Origin: Welwitschia mirabilis
Lineage: Eukaryota
Assembly: GCA_051453625.1 (NCBI GenBank)
Contig: JBOZIK010000001.1
Location: 39,856,760 to 39,907,860, forward strand
Direction of reading: 5' to 3'
DNA length: 51,101 bases
The position numbers were made by a program, and so were the translations under genes. The notes beneath the pieces are model-generated. The model saw nothing but the letters and a program-made list of their open reading frames with translations, was not told the origin of the DNA and ran no database searches. Shown here piece by piece: positions 11,569-25,687 of the stretch; within the stretch, counting starts at the first letter, position 1; each line of letters starts with the position of its first letter.

Positions 11569-13999
11569 NNNNNNNNNNNNNNNNNNNNNNNNNNNNNNNN
11601 NNNNNNNNNNNNNNNNNNNNNNNNNNNNNNNNNNNNNNNNNNNNNNNNNNNNNNNNNNNNNNNNNNNNNNNNNNNNNNNNNNNNNNNNNNNNNNNNNNNN
11701 NNNNNNNNNNNNNNNNNNNNNNNNNNNNNNNNNNNNNNNNNNNNNNNNNNNNNNNNNNNNNNNNNNNNNNNNNNNNNNNNNNNNNNNNNNNNNNNNNNNN
11801 NNNNNNNNNNNNNNNNNNNNNNNNNNNNNNNNNNNNNNNNNNNNNNNNNNNNNNNNNNNNNNNNNNNNNNNNNNNNNNNNNNNNNNNNNNNNNNNNNNNN
11901 NNNNNNNNNNNNNNNNNNNNNNNNNNNNNNNNNNNNNNNNNNNNNNNNNNNNNNNNNNNNNNNNNNNNNNNNNNNNNNNNNNNNNNNNNNNNNNNNNNNN
12001 NNNNNNNNNNNNNNNNNNNNNNNNNNNNNNNNNNNNNNNNNNNNNNNNNNNNNNNNNNNNNNNNNNNNNNNNNNNNNNNNNNNNNNNNNNNNNNNNNNNN
12101 NNNNNNNNNNNNNNNNNNNNNNNNNNNNNNNNNNNNNNNNNNNNNNNNNNNNNNNNNNNNNNNNNNNNNNNNNNNNGCTCACTAATGCACTAAGAAACTA
12201 GAAGACCTTATAAAAATACTAAACAAAAGATGAACACATGCATAGATAGAAGGATAATACCAGTAAGGATAATAGATAGTGACAGTAGTAGAGCTGGGCT
12301 ATGTGGGTCGAGTATGAGTGAGATAGTTAGCAATAACATAAGAATAGTAGAAAACTCATGTTTACGGTGCACTTGTGCTAAAAAATCATGTGTTTTATAG
12401 AATTTGGATGACATTTAGACCATTAGATTTTCTAATTTTATCAATGATTTACGTTGATTTGGATAGAATGGTTAAATCACAAGGTATTTCTAGTGTGCTT
12501 TCTCATAGAAGTAAAAACAAAGGGGTATAGGATGAAATGGATGATGAAAATGAATATTATGAAATGAAATGAAAAGGACTAAATGGAATGCTAAAATAAC
12601 AAATCATATCATACATCCTATGAATAAATGAGACATGACAAATACAAGCTAATTGTCCTATTTTATTTACATAATTTTGATAAATCCTTTACCAAGACAA
12701 AGAAAAGTATTAACCAGTAAATCTTTGTAAAATCATAAGTAGTCAAGACCTCTCAAGTTTGATTTATTAAAATAAGTAAACAAAAGATCTCTTCAATCCC
12801 ATCTTGATTTCATTCCATTTCCCTTATTATTTCATGGGCAATTAAATTTCAAGCATTCAATCATATTGAGTGTTTAGTGTTATGATACTTTCTTTTAATA
12901 AATTTAACATATTATACTAGAAGGGTTTAGTGTTGCATTACTCATGAGCATCTATAGCCTTGATGCAGTCAAATGTATCACAAATGAATCATTAGAGTTG
13001 CATTACCAACAGGTGTCAATAACCCCGATGTAGACAACTAAACCCAATAGTCATAATCATAAATAAATGTACTAGTAAAGAGCTTCAATATTTTTCCTTT
13101 ATTTACTTTGCTTTTTTTGTGNNNNNNNNNNNNNNNNNNNNNNNNNNNNNNNNNNNNNNNNNNNNNNNNNNNNNNNNNNNNNNNNNNNNNNNNNNNNNNN
13201 NNNNNNNNNNNNNNNNNNNNNNNNNNNNNNNNNNNNNNNNNNNNNNNNNNNNNNNNNNNNNNNNNNNNNNNNNNNNNNNNNNNNNNNNNNNNNNNNNNNN
13301 NNNNNNNNNNNNNNNNNNNNNNNNNNNNNNNNNNNNNNNNNNNNNNNNNNNNNNNNNNNNNNNNNNNNNNNNNNNNNNNNNNNNNNNNNNNNNNNNNNNN
13401 NNNNNNNNNNNNNNNNNNNNNNNNNNNNNNNNNNNNNNNNNNNNNNNNNNNNNNNNNNNNNNNNNNNNNNNNNNNNNNNNNNNNNNNNNNNNNNNNNNNN
13501 NNNNNNNNNNNNNNNNNNNNNNNNNNNNNNNNNNNNNNNNNNNNNNNNNNNNNNNNNNNNNNNNNNNNNNNNNNNNNNNNNNNNNNNNNNNNNNNNNNNN
13601 NNNNNNNNNNNNNNNNNNNNNNNNNNNNNNNNNNNNNNNNNNNNNNNNNNNNNNNNNNNNNNNNNNNNNNNNNNNNNNNNNNNNNNNNNNNNNNNNNNNN
13701 NNNNNNNNNNNNNNNNNNNNNNNNNNNNNNNNNNNNNNNNNNNNNNNNNNNNNNNNNNNNNNNNNNNNNNNNNNNNNNNNNNNNNNNNNNNNNNNNNNNN
13801 NNNNNNNNNNNNNNNNNNNNNNNNNNNNNNNNNNNNNNNNNNNNNNNNNNNNNNNNNNNNNNNNNNNNNNNNNNNNNNNNNNNNNNNNNNNNNNNNNNNN
13901 NNNNNNNNNNNNNNNNNNNNNNNNNNNNNNNNNNNNNNNNNNNNNNNNNNNNNNNNNNNNNNNNNNNNNNNNNNNNNNNNNNNNNNNNNNNNNNNNNNN
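11569..13999. other. Two large assembly gaps (11569-12176, 13122-13999) around an unassigned 0.95-kb contig
   Basis: N runs. Other sizeable gaps at 19806-19970, 25907-26756, 38303-38402 and 49169-49268. Confidence 0.95.
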
Positions 14000-14089
14000 G
14001 GGGTCATTGACTTATTAGCTTAATAGATAAATTTATGAACCCTAAATTTTTTATAGAATATGGTATTAATATTTATTATTTTACATTGC

Positions 14090-17000
14090 TTTTAGAACTA
14101 TAATACTAAACATATAGGTATTTTCATACTTTTTAGGTGTTGGAGATCTTAGAAACTTAATGAGCTTAAAATGATGCATTATGATCCAGTTTGAAGCTAT
14201 TCATGATGATTGTGATCAAGAGGTCGAGATCAAGGGTGAAAATGTGGAGCATATAGGACTACTTCAACCTAGCAGCTTTANNNNNNNNNNAATCCACTTA
14301 TTGATGTAATAATTCAAACTCATTTTAACATTGAATGCATGACATTTCATGACATCAAAGCCTTTTAGAACATTAGTACCTTGGAAAATTACATTCTGGG
14401 AGCTATAGTTTATACATTTCTAGTCACTTTAAGTCAAATTTGATGTTTGCATGTAATATTAGACATAAGAGATAAAATTGAGTTAGTTTAATTTTTGGAT
14501 GTTGAGATATTTAATTTTTCAAACTACTATTTATGCTACAGTGTCATTTTCATGAGTAAAATGGCATCATAGCATCATTTAATAGTTTTTCCTACTCAAG
14601 CATAAATTACATGTGAAAATTTAATGATTTTGGCAACTCTGCAATCTGAAACCAACTAATGTGCACTTATGAATCCCCTTTACTTTCCAAAATCATATCA
14701 CAATACTATTATACCCAATTTATGTCATTTGAGTATGATTCAAGTCATTCTTAAGCATTGCAAAGAGATTTTCTATTGTAATTCTCTTACATTTTTTCAC
14801 TTGAAAGTTGATCTTTTCTTTATATTAGCTTTGGAAGCCTTCTAAATTCTTTATTCACATTGTTTTCTATTATATAAATCCATTTTTAGCCTTCTACACC
14901 CATTCACATTCCATTTTCCATCATTTTTTTCTTTCATTTCCATTCATGCGGAGGGAATTGCAGTGGTGGTGAAGTGCATTTGAACGGGCATCAAGGAGAA
15001 GGAGAAGGCATTAAATCTTATAAGTAATTTGGTTGAGAACTAATAACTTTTATTTCATTTAAAACTAATAAGTGTTCCTTTTCTTATGTTTTTATGCTTT
15101 TGATTGCTCAATTTACGCATTTTATGCCTTTCTTTCAATGTAGTTAGACCTCTTATAACATGTTGTATAATTAGTACTAATTAGATTGTCATACATTTAG
15201 TACCTATCATTACATACTAAAATTTTGCACGGTTTTTCACTTTATGTCAAATAAATCATGTTTTTATTTCTATTCTTCCTTTTTTCCTCTATTCTACTCA
15301 TTTTTCTAGTTAATTTTCTCATGATTCCACCTTTCTTCTAAAGCAAATGACGATGGATTTCTATTTTCTCTTTTCCAATAATAGTAGATTATTTTTTAAA
15401 CATATTATTTACATTCATTTGAGATAAAAATTATTTCTCTTTTCATGAATTATTCTCTCATCTTTTTCCTCTTCTGAAAATCAAAGTAGAATAGTGAATT
15501 TCAATGCTTGTTTTGGTCCTAACTATTTTTTTGCAACTCCAATGGTTCTAAAATTTTATTAGTAGATTCCTCTCAAGATTCAAAAACTTTCATTCTTAAT
15601 AGTAAAAAACCAAATTTGACCTCTAAAATCCCCCCCTTTTTTTTTGGGAATTTACAGTCAAAGGTGCAATTTTACTTAGAAAATATTTTGAATTGTTAAA
15701 TCTTAATTTTCTTAAGTCTCTAAAGTGAATTTATTTGTCAATATTGATGTGTTTTCAAAAATTTAAGATCCTATCCTATAGTATATTTTAATTAATTTTA
15801 GAATATTCAATCCATTTTTTCTCAAGTTTTAGTCTTAATTAAAGTGGAGTTGACTATAATTTTTGTAGTTTTTTCTACATGAATTATTTCTAGTGGTTTC
15901 AATCATTTCTACTTGATCTTAAATGTTTGATTCTAGAAACCTGTTTTAAGATGTATTTTGAGTATTTTAAAGGTTTTAAGACTTTCTAAGTCCATTCTTC
16001 AAAATTTTTTCTCTCCCTTCTCTTTCTCTTCTTCCTTTTACTCTTTCTTTCAGTTAAAATAACTTAAAATTAACTAAGTGTTACTTTGATTTTGTAAACA
16101 TTCACATGTTGGTTTTCATTAAACACCTATTGATTTATAACCTAATTTATATGTTTCAATACTTTTATAACTCATTTCATGATGATTAAAGTGTTATCTT
16201 TTGAGTTTATTATATTACAATTTAGTGAAAAATTTTTAATAAAGCCAAATGATTTACTATGGCAATTTAAAGAATGTAGCTTTTAAATTATTATCTTTTG
16301 ATTCTAAGATGTTGTACATTTTATACATAATAGAATGTGTTTCTAAAGTGCTTAATTACATTCACATTAAATGATTTCAAACAATGAATGTTTCAAGGAA
16401 AGTTTTTTTGAAAGAAAATGACCTTGGTAGCTTTGACTGTTTTAATTCTCTTACTTATTTGTTAAACAATCTTTAGAATCTTAGTGAATGTTTATAAGAG
16501 ATTAATTCTTTCTATCTAATGGTATTTTTATTTTTACATCTCATAAAATTATGCTTTTACACATGTAGTTCTTTACGATAATTAAAAATCATGTGTTGTA
16601 ATTACTTATATATCACATAAAAGAAATAGTGGTTTTATCATGTAAAGTGATAGTTTGTTAAGGTAATATTAATATTTTCATATGAATTCTTGTCAAGTAT
16701 TCTATTGGTTTGATACATGTATACTTCCACTATATATGCCCTTCAACCTAGGAGATCTTTTTATGCTTTAATTTGAAATTTTTTATACTTGAAATTTGTT
16801 TGCCTCGGTTGAATTATCATGTTAAATTCAATTTATTTTTGTAAAGTATCAAAGCGTGATCTCCTTATTTTAAAAACTGAGTTTTTACTTTATTCAAAAT
16901 TGGAAATGTTTCTAGGAAATACTTGTTATTTTTATGTAAAATATTATATCTTTCTTTGAGAACTTATGTACACCGATTGGAAGGTACTTGATTACAATTG

Positions 17001-18080
17001 CTTTTTATATTTCAATTGTACTGATGAGATCTTAAGAAATATATGACACTAAGAATCCTTCCAAATGCACATATTCTAACTTCACTACTTTTCTATGCAT
17101 CTCTTTTTCTTTTCAATACTATGCATTCATTAGTAAAATTTGGATTCATAGTAGTAAATGTTTGCATAATTATGAATTATCTTCATGACATACTTTATGT
17201 TCACCTTTATTTTGATTTTTTATAGATGTAAATATGATAAAAATAAAAAAATTCAAAAGATGGAAAAACTCTTGTTATTTATGTTTTGTTTTTTTAAAAC
17301 CTAAAATATTGGCACTTTTTTGGATGATGAAACGAGAGCTACAAAACTCTGTAATCAGATTTAGAAGGGCTATGAGCTTTGAGGAGGATCTACTCCTCTT
17401 TGTTTTGCAAAAAATATTAATTTAAAAAAAATTCTTTTCATCTTTTGTTCTCAAGTTTCCTTTTTCCTTTAATAAATTATGACCAAGTTATGTATTTTTT
17501 ACCTTAAAATCTTAGTTTTCATTAAATTTTGGGATATAACTAGTTATTTCCTAACTTTGAAACTTTAATCTTTATTAATATTTTATATTAAATTCTTTTC
17601 CCCCTCTGTATGATAGTGTATATTTTCCATGTATGAAATTTGTGTGATTTACTATCTTTTATAATACTATTTTATGATATGATATTTAAGCATATTTTTA
17701 TTTCATCTAGTTTATGTCCATATTTTTCTTTACTTTTTGAAAATGAATTAAAGTTCTACTTTATTCTATAGATTAANNNNNNNNNNGAATAAAACGTTGA
17801 AATTTATGATATCTTTATATTTTATTTACGATCTCCTATGACATAAATATCATTTTTTTTTCATTGTTAGTGGTGTTATTTCTTTATATGTTATTTGATT
17901 TAGAGGATCAACATTTAGATCCACAACCATCCACTTAAGCTATAAACATTTGATTATTAGCAGGATTTATTTCTCTTATCATCATCACTTTCACAGGATG
18001 TACAAGAAGAGTAATTGAGGGATGTGATGAAGCTTGAATTTTTAATAAAATACGATGCTAATAGTTATATTTTATACTAT
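14090..18080 (+). repeat. Macro-repeat unit 1 (about 3991 bp)
   Basis: Marker-to-marker distance; collinear with units 2-4. Confidence 0.85.
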
Positions 18081-18256
18081 TTTTAGAACTATAATACTAC
18101 ACATAGAGGTATTTTTGTAATTTTTAGATAATAGAAATCTCAAACACTCAATGAGCTTAAAATGATACATTATGATCCATTTTCAGGCTGTTCGTAATGA
18201 TTGTAATCAAAAGGTTAAGATCGAGGGTAAAAATGCAAAACATAGAGGACAACTTC

Positions 18257-19685
18257 AGTTAGACTATGTTTTGCCAATTGATGTCAAACAAATATTTTCT
18301 ATGTAGCAAATTTTGTATATCTTGTACATAAGATGTTAATCATTTGCAGGTTAAATGTTGAAGCCTCAATTGTTAAATTATATTTACTAGAAACCTGTTA
18401 AGTTCACTTACCCTTTTAAGGGGTTGACTGGACTTTCAAGGGGTCGATCGCACCTGAAGCATACCTTCAGAATTGAACTGAATTCAGAAGAGTCGACCGA
18501 ATTTATAATGGGATTGACCGGACCTATGATCTTAAGAGCTAGTATCCATTAACCGAATGACAAGGGGTTAACTAGACTTATGATGAGGTCGACCAGATCT
18601 GTGAACCTGAGAATAATACCCCTGAGCCTATTATCATGAGGTTGACTAGACACCTAAAGGGGTCGACTGGACCAGATACAAGAAATTGGAATGATCTTTT
18701 ATCAAGACTAGTGGGTGACTGAACAAAATGGCGAGCGACCGGATTAGGGTCAACTAGACCCTGAGGGGTCGACCAAACATGGAGCCGTAAAAAACTGGAA
18801 TGACTGAAAATTTCACTCGGGTGACTTGTGTAAGTTACAATATCAGATAGGATGATCAGCCTTTTGAGGGGTCAACCAGTCTGAACAGAACTAAAATTTT
18901 CTGTTCATTTTGTATCCATTATGTATCCATTAGATAGTCATTTTCTAGTCATTTATAATCAGTGAAAGAGCATTTTCAAATGTAATAAATCCTAAAATCC
19001 TTCCAATATAAATAGCCAAGAGAGAAAAGACAAAAGAATCTTTTTGAGCTCTTTCAAACTTTTGAATATCTTTTGAATCTTGATCAAAGGATTGAATATT
19101 ATGGTATTTACTATTAGATATTGACATTTGTACACCTAACCAAGGAAGATCTATCATCTATTTTATCTGTGGATTCAAGGTCAAATCTAGTGCTTCATTT
19201 TTTGTATCATCTACAAGAGAAGAGCTCCACTGAAAATATTATACCAAAGAATGAATGATATCTGTGCATTAAGGCATTCTTACCATCACTACTACATCCT
19301 ATGAAGGTTGAGATTAAGCCTACAAAAGTCTAATTGAAAAGGTTGAGACTTAGCCTGCAAAAGTCCATTTGTAAAGGTTACAAGTAAACTTATAATACCT
19401 AGAAGAATTAACAAAGATCTAGATCAAGCTTGGGGATAAGCTGATTATCAAGAGTAAAATAAAAGTTTCTCAAACCACTATAAAATCCTATGTACCTATT
19501 TAGTATTTCATGATTTTTGTCAGTTTCATTACTTTGAATACTTTTAGTTTTTCTTTATATGCATAATTTTATTAGCAAATTAATTTGAGCAAGCTTTTGG
19601 TATATCATAAATTGTTAGTTCATTTTATTTATTTTTTTTAAAAATTAACCTATTCACTCCTCCTTTAGGGTTCTTAATCCTATCA
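18257..19685 (+). repeat. 5' LTR (about 1.43 kb)
   Basis: AGTTAGAC (TG>AG) ... CCTATCA; direct repeat of 24309-25687. Confidence 0.9.
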
Positions 19686-19687
19686 AT

Positions 19688-19699
19688 TAGTATCAAATC
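19688..19699 (+). promoter_or_regulatory. Degenerate tRNA-iMet PBS
   Basis: TAGTATCAAATC matches TGGTATCAGAGC at 9/12, separated from the LTR end by 2 nt. Confidence 0.7.
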
Positions 19700-19751
19700 T
19701 AAGTTAAGTATTTCTTTAAATTTTAATCAATCTAAACTTTAGAACCCTATA

Positions 19752-22700
19752 ATGAGTAATTCCTTTATTGATTTTTCAAATATGCCCTTCTTAGACACCT
19801 GTACTNNNNNNNNNNNNNNNNNNNNNNNNNNNNNNNNNNNNNNNNNNNNNNNNNNNNNNNNNNNNNNNNNNNNNNNNNNNNNNNNNNNNNNNNNNNNNNN
19901 NNNNNNNNNNNNNNNNNNNNNNNNNNNNNNNNNNNNNNNNNNNNNNNNNNNNNNNNNNNNNNNNNNNNNNAACACATTAGAGCATGATGACTTTAATGTA
20001 ATTAATGAAGAACAGGATGAGCTGAAAGACACCTATCAAGAACTATATCGGGAATGTGAAAAGTTGGCTAAAAAGGATAAATGATTTGAACAAGATTGTA
20101 AAACCTCTCACTGATGAAAAGGAGGAAATGGAATCAAGTTTTAAAAGGATCAGATCTAAAAACTCCGATCTCACCCTACATGTAAAAAAGTTATCTCATT
20201 TTGTTAATAAATTTTTTGGAGGCTCTTCCAAATTGGAACAAATGCTTGAAGTTTAGAAACCTATTAGTGATAAGTTAAGTATTGGGTTCATTTCTCAAAA
20301 ACCTCAAAAGCAACAAAATTAGGTAACATGGAATAGTAAGTTCTTCTTAAAAGTTTCTTATCATTTCTATGGAAAAATTGGTCATTCAAAATGTTTTTGC
20401 AATGCTAGAAAATTAATGTTATTCTCAAACTTAGTTAGTACTTTTCCATTTAAATTCATTTCAAAAGAAGGTGTACCACGTAAGTATAAAAAGACTATGT
20501 GGGTAAAAACTAATGATCTTAGAAGTCTTTTAATTCAGATAGCTTTCAATGTTTCAAATAGTAGTAGCTGGTATCTGGATAATGTGTGTTAAAGACATAT
20601 GACCGGAGACAAATCCAAGTCTAAGTAATTAAGCAATTTTAATGGAGGATAGGTGATTTTTGATGACAATGGAAGAGCAAAAATAGAAGGCATTAAAAGC
20701 ATTAGTGGAGGTAAACTTCCTAGAATTAATGAAGTTTTGTATGTAAATGTTTTAGAGCATAATTTTTTAAGCACTAGTTAAATTTACAAAAAAGTTCATA
20801 AGGTAGTCTTCAATAAATCAAAATGTGAAATATTGCATGGGAAATCTAATGATGTAATTTCTAGATCAAGTAAAATAGATAATGTATATAGCATAGATCA
20901 ATTGTTTTCTCCATGTTATTTTTCAAATGTTTCCCAAGAAGAGCTTTGACATAAAGGATTAGGTCATGTTAATTATGATCAATTGAAAATGATTATTTAT
21001 AAAAACATTGTGAAATGTATCCCTAAGATAAATGTAGAAAAACAAGGCTTATATGATGTGTGCCAAAAGGGAAAACAAATAAGTATTTCACATAAAAGTA
21101 AAACCCAGACTTCCACATTTATGCCGTTAGAGCTTATCTATGTGGATCTAGTGAGTCCCACTCAAACTCAAAGTTTAGGCAGAACACATTATTTTCTCAC
21201 TATGATTGATGATTTTTCAAAATATACTTGGATAGTCTTCTAATCAAACAAGTCTAAAGCTCACAAACATTGAATTGAGAAATGCAAAAAGATTCAAAAT
21301 GAAACAGCGTATACCATAAAGAAAATAAAAAGTGATCATGGTGGTGAATTTGAGAATCATTTTTTTGAGAAATATTGCATTAATAATGGAATTGATCATT
21401 AATTTTCAGCCCCAAAGACATCACAACAAAATGGTATAGCTGAAAGAAAGAACAGATTCTTTCAAGAAGTATTACAAAATATGTTAAATGATAAGGAGAT
21501 CCCTAAATATTTTTGGGCTGAGACAGTTGGTACAACATGCCACATTATTAACAGAGTATATCTTAGGCCTGGTATAGATAAAACACTATATGATTTATGG
21601 AAAGGAAGACAAGCTAATGTGTCATATTTTAAAGTCTTTAGAAGTAAATGCTATGTGCTAAAAGATAGAAAACATTTGAGGAAATTCGAGTCTAAAGCAG
21701 ATGAAACTATCTTTTTACATTACTCAATTAGAAGTAGAGTCTATCATGTTTTTAACAAGAAAATTTTAACTGTAGAAGAGTCAATGAATGTACAAATTAA
21801 TGAAATTGACACAATACTAAACTGCACAGATGAAGAGAAAGTCATAACTACAAGTATCCCCATAACTAATGAAGGAACTACTGAAAGTAATGAACTTCCA
21901 TCAAAAGAAGGTACACCAAAAAAGCCCAAATTATTAAAAGATCATCCTTTAGAATCTATTATTTGAGAAGTTAATTTAAAAATAAAGACAATAGATTCTA
22001 TGAAGAATTTGTATGCTCATGTTTATTATGTTTCAAAAATAGAACCCAACAAATTTGAAGAAGCTAAAATTCATGAGGAATGGATGATGGCAATGCAAAA
22101 TGAGATACAACAATTTAAGAGAAATAATGTTTGGAAGTTAGTAGAAAGGTCCAAAGATAAAAATGTCATTGAAACTAAGTGGATTTTTAAAAACAAATGT
22201 GTTGAAGAAAATAATGTCATTAAAAACAAGGCAAGATTAGTAGCACAAGGCTATAATCAAATAAAAGGCATTGATGTAAGTGATACTTTTGCTCCTATTG
22301 CAAGGATAGATAGCATTAGAATGTTTTTATCTTTTTTAGCCTATAAAAATTTTAAAGTTTATCAAATGGATGTGAAGAGTGCTTTGTAAATGCTACTTTA
22401 AATGAAGAAGTCTATGTAGAGCAATCACAAGGTTTTATTGATCCTCATAAAATCAATCATGTGTATAGATTTAGAAAGCATTGTATGGATTGAAACAAGC
22501 TACAAGACCTTGGTATAAGAAGCTAGCCACTTTTTTGAATGAAAATGAATATATTCGTGGAATTGTAGACAAAACCTTATTTGTAAAGAACTTGAAAAAG
22601 GATTTTATTATTATATAGATTTATGTAGGTGATATTATTTCTGGTGCCTTAAATGAAAAGTTGTCAAAGGAATTTGCAACTATTATGACAACTCATTTTG

Positions 22701-23550
22701 AAATGAGTATGCTTGATGAAGTAAAAATGTTTCTTAGATTATAGATCAAGCAATCTAAAGATGGAATATTTACTTCTCAATCCAAATATGCAAGAGATTT
22801 AATCAAATGTTTTGGATTAGAAAATGCAAAAATAACTAACACTCCTATGTCTACATCACATAAAGTGTGTTTGGATGAAATTGGTAATCCAATGGATTAA
22901 AAGCTTTATAGAAGTAGGATAGGTAATTTATTATACTTAATTTCAAGTAGATCAGATATTATGTTTAGTGTTGAAGTATGTGCTAGGTATCAATTCCAAC
23001 CAAAAGAATCACATCTACAAGTAGTAAAAAGAATAATTAGGTATGTAAAAGACACATGTGATTCTAGCTTATGGTATCCTATAGAGACATATTTTGAACC
23101 TGTAAGCTTTAGTGATGCAGATTAGGTTGGTTGCAGAGATGATAGAAAGAGCATAAGTGAAAATTATTTTCTATTAGGTTTATGTTTAGTAGGAGGGAAA
23201 AGTAAGAAACTACATAAATAAAATATATTGCAATAGGTAGTTGTCATACTCATCTTTTGTGGATGAAAGAAATGCTAAATGATTTTGGTGTTAATTTTAA
23301 ACAAGTCCCTATATTTTGTGATAACATGAGTGCTATAAATATATCAAAAAATCCTATTCAGCACTCAAGAACCAAACATACTAAGCTAAGACATCATTTT
23401 CCAAGAGATCAAGTAGAAAAAGAACACATCTTTATGAACTTTATGAGTAAAGACCAACAGCTGGTAGATATTTTTACTAAACTCCTGAAGTTTGATACTT
23501 TTCTTTGTCTTGAAAATGAACAAGAGGTTATCTCACTGTCTTATAGCTGA
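19752..23550 (+). pseudogene. pol: Copia gag-pol polyprotein pseudogene (gag remnant, protease, GAG-pre-integrase, integrase, RT, RNase H)
   Basis: WYLDNVC*RHMTGDKS (PR, about 20569); L*HKGLGHVN; PLELIYVDLVSP, SDHGGEFEN, QQNGIAERKNR (INT); KARLVAQGYNQ, YQMDVKSA (RT); FCDNMSAINISKNPIQHSRTKH (RH). Many stops and frameshifts. Confidence 0.95.
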
Positions 23551-23783
23551 TTGTGGGATGATCGATCGGATCCTTAATTCGATCAACCAAATGTGGTTGA
23601 TCAACTAAAATAAAAGCCTAGTTGCCTGGACCTTCTCAGTTTTATAAGCCCTTTAGTAAAAGCTAACAGTGTAGAATGGAAGTTTCTTTATTAAATAGCA
23701 ATTGTATTCTTTGTTTCCATCTTTTCATGTTGATTATTTACTTATGTTTTGCTTATATGATTTATTCTCTACTTTGTTATTAA

Positions 23784-24308
23784 TGTCAAAAGGGGAAGAA
23801 TTAGTTGTTTTTTGTTTGTTACTTATGCTATCAGATGTAGTATGCTCTTGATAAACACTTTTATTTTGTAATTCTTATGTTTAACAGAATCAAAATGCAC
23901 TTAATTTTATGTTCTCAATTGGTATATCAAATCTTTTTATGCAATTCATATGATCTTAACATTTTTTAATGATGAATATTAAAGTTTCAAATGCTGTTAT
24001 TCCATAGATTCAAATGTTATTATCCCATTTTGGAAATGAACTCTAAAAAGTATCAATAATTAATATGTTAAATGGTTTATGTGATCACATTATGCTTTCA
24101 TAAATATTATGTTCTTAACTCTTCAAATGTGCATCATAAAATTATTTTTATTTTAACACAAAATTTGACTCTTCAGAATGTCTCAAATTGGTTTCAAAAG
24201 GGTTAATATTTTGTAAAGAATGATAGGCATTTTGTAAGGGGAACTTTTCAAAGTCTTAAATATTTTTACAACTAAGTATTATTTACCATCAATGTCAAAG
24301 AGGGAAAT
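23784..24308 (+). promoter_or_regulatory. Multiple PPT cluster including the terminal PPT
   Basis: GTCAAAAGGGGAAGAA (about 23785), AAGGGGAAC (about 24236) and GTCAAAGAGGGAAAT (24294-24308) abutting the 3' LTR. Confidence 0.7.
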
Positions 24309-25687
24309 TTTTAGATTATGTTTTAATAATTAATATCAAACTAATGTTTTCTGTGTACTAAATTTTGTATATCTTGGGTAGAAGATGTTAACCATTTGTA
24401 TGTTAAATGCTAAAGTCTCAATTATCGAATACTAATCACTAGAAACCTGTTAAGTTCACTTGCCCTCTTAAGGGGTCGATCAAACTTTCAATGGGTGAAC
24501 CACACCTGAAGTAGACACTCAGAATTGAATAGAATTTAGAGGGGTTGATTGGATTTCTAATGGGGTCAACCAGACCTATGATCTTAATAGCCAGTATCCC
24601 TAAATCAAATGATAAGAGTTCAATTGGATCTATGATGGGATTGACCGGATCTATGAACCTAAGAATAATACCTTGAGCCAATTGTCATGAGATCGACTAG
24701 ACACCTGAAGGGGTCAACCAGAGTTGATGTAGAAAATTGGAATGATCTTTTATCAGGACTAGAAGGTAACTAGACAAAATGGTAAGCAACCAGATTGGGG
24801 TTAACCGAACCTTGAAGGGTTGACTGAATGTGGAGCTATAAGAAACTAGGATAATCAAAAATTTCACTTGGAAAACCTTTGTAAGTCATGACATCAGATG
24901 GATCGACTAGAGTTTTAATGGGTTAATCAGCCGGAATGGAACTAAAATTTTCTATCCATTTTGTATCTATTATGTATCTGTTAGATAGCCATTTTTTAGT
25001 TGTCTATAGCTATTGAAAGCGCATTTTCAAATGTAATAAACCCTAAAAGCCTTTCAATATAAATAGTCAAGAAAGAAAAGATAAAAGAATCTTTTTGAGA
25101 TCTTTCAGACTTTTTAATATCTTCTAAATATTGATCAAGGGACTGAATGTTGTAATATTTACTATTACATATTGGAATTTGTACTCTTGACCAAGGAAGA
25201 TCTATCATCTATTTTATCTATGGATTCAAGGTCAAATCTAATGCTTCATTCATTGTATAATCTACAGGAGGAAGAGCTCCACTGAAATAATTATACCAAA
25301 GAATGAGTGATATCTATGCATCAAGGCATTCTTACCATCACTACNNNNNNNNNNNNNNAAAGTCCATTTGTAAAGGTTACATATGAATCTGCAATACTTG
25401 GAAGAGATCTCAAAGATTCAAATGAAGCATGGGCATAAGCTAATCATCGAGAGTAAAGTAGGGGATTTCCCAAACCATTATAATATCCTATGTGCATCTA
25501 TTTGGTATTTTATGCTTTCTGTTAGTTACATTACTTTGAATACTTTCAGTTTTTCTTTATATGCATAATTTTATTAGCAAATTATTTTTATTAAGCTTTT
25601 AGTATATCATGAATTTTTGGTTTATTTTGTTTTTTTTTTTTAACAAATAACCTATTCACCTCCCCTCTAGGGCTTTTGACCCTATCA
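24309..25687 (+). repeat. 3' LTR
   Basis: Direct repeat of 18257-19685; ends CCTATCA followed by the TSD. Confidence 0.9.

Larger units (their letters stand above)
18257..25687 (+). mobile_element. Decayed Ty1/Copia SIRE-lineage LTR retrotransposon with both LTRs and 5-bp TSD ACTTC; no env-like ORF
   Basis: Paired LTRs, TSD ACTTC at 18252-18256 and 25688-25692, degenerate iMet PBS, domain order gag-PR-INT-RT-RH, multiple PPTs, palindromic LTR repeat motifs. Confidence 0.95.

Noticed and set aside
12180..12190. CACTAATGCAC resembling part of 5S rRNA
   Set aside because: Only 11 nt; flanks do not match 5S.
23551..24308. Sirevirus env-like gene
   Set aside because: Only about 760 bp of AT-rich sequence lies between the pol stop and the 3' LTR, with no ORF.
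18945..25208. Similar antisense 70-aa ORFs at 18945-19157 and 24996-25208
   Set aside because: Same position in the two LTRs; similarity follows from LTR duplication.
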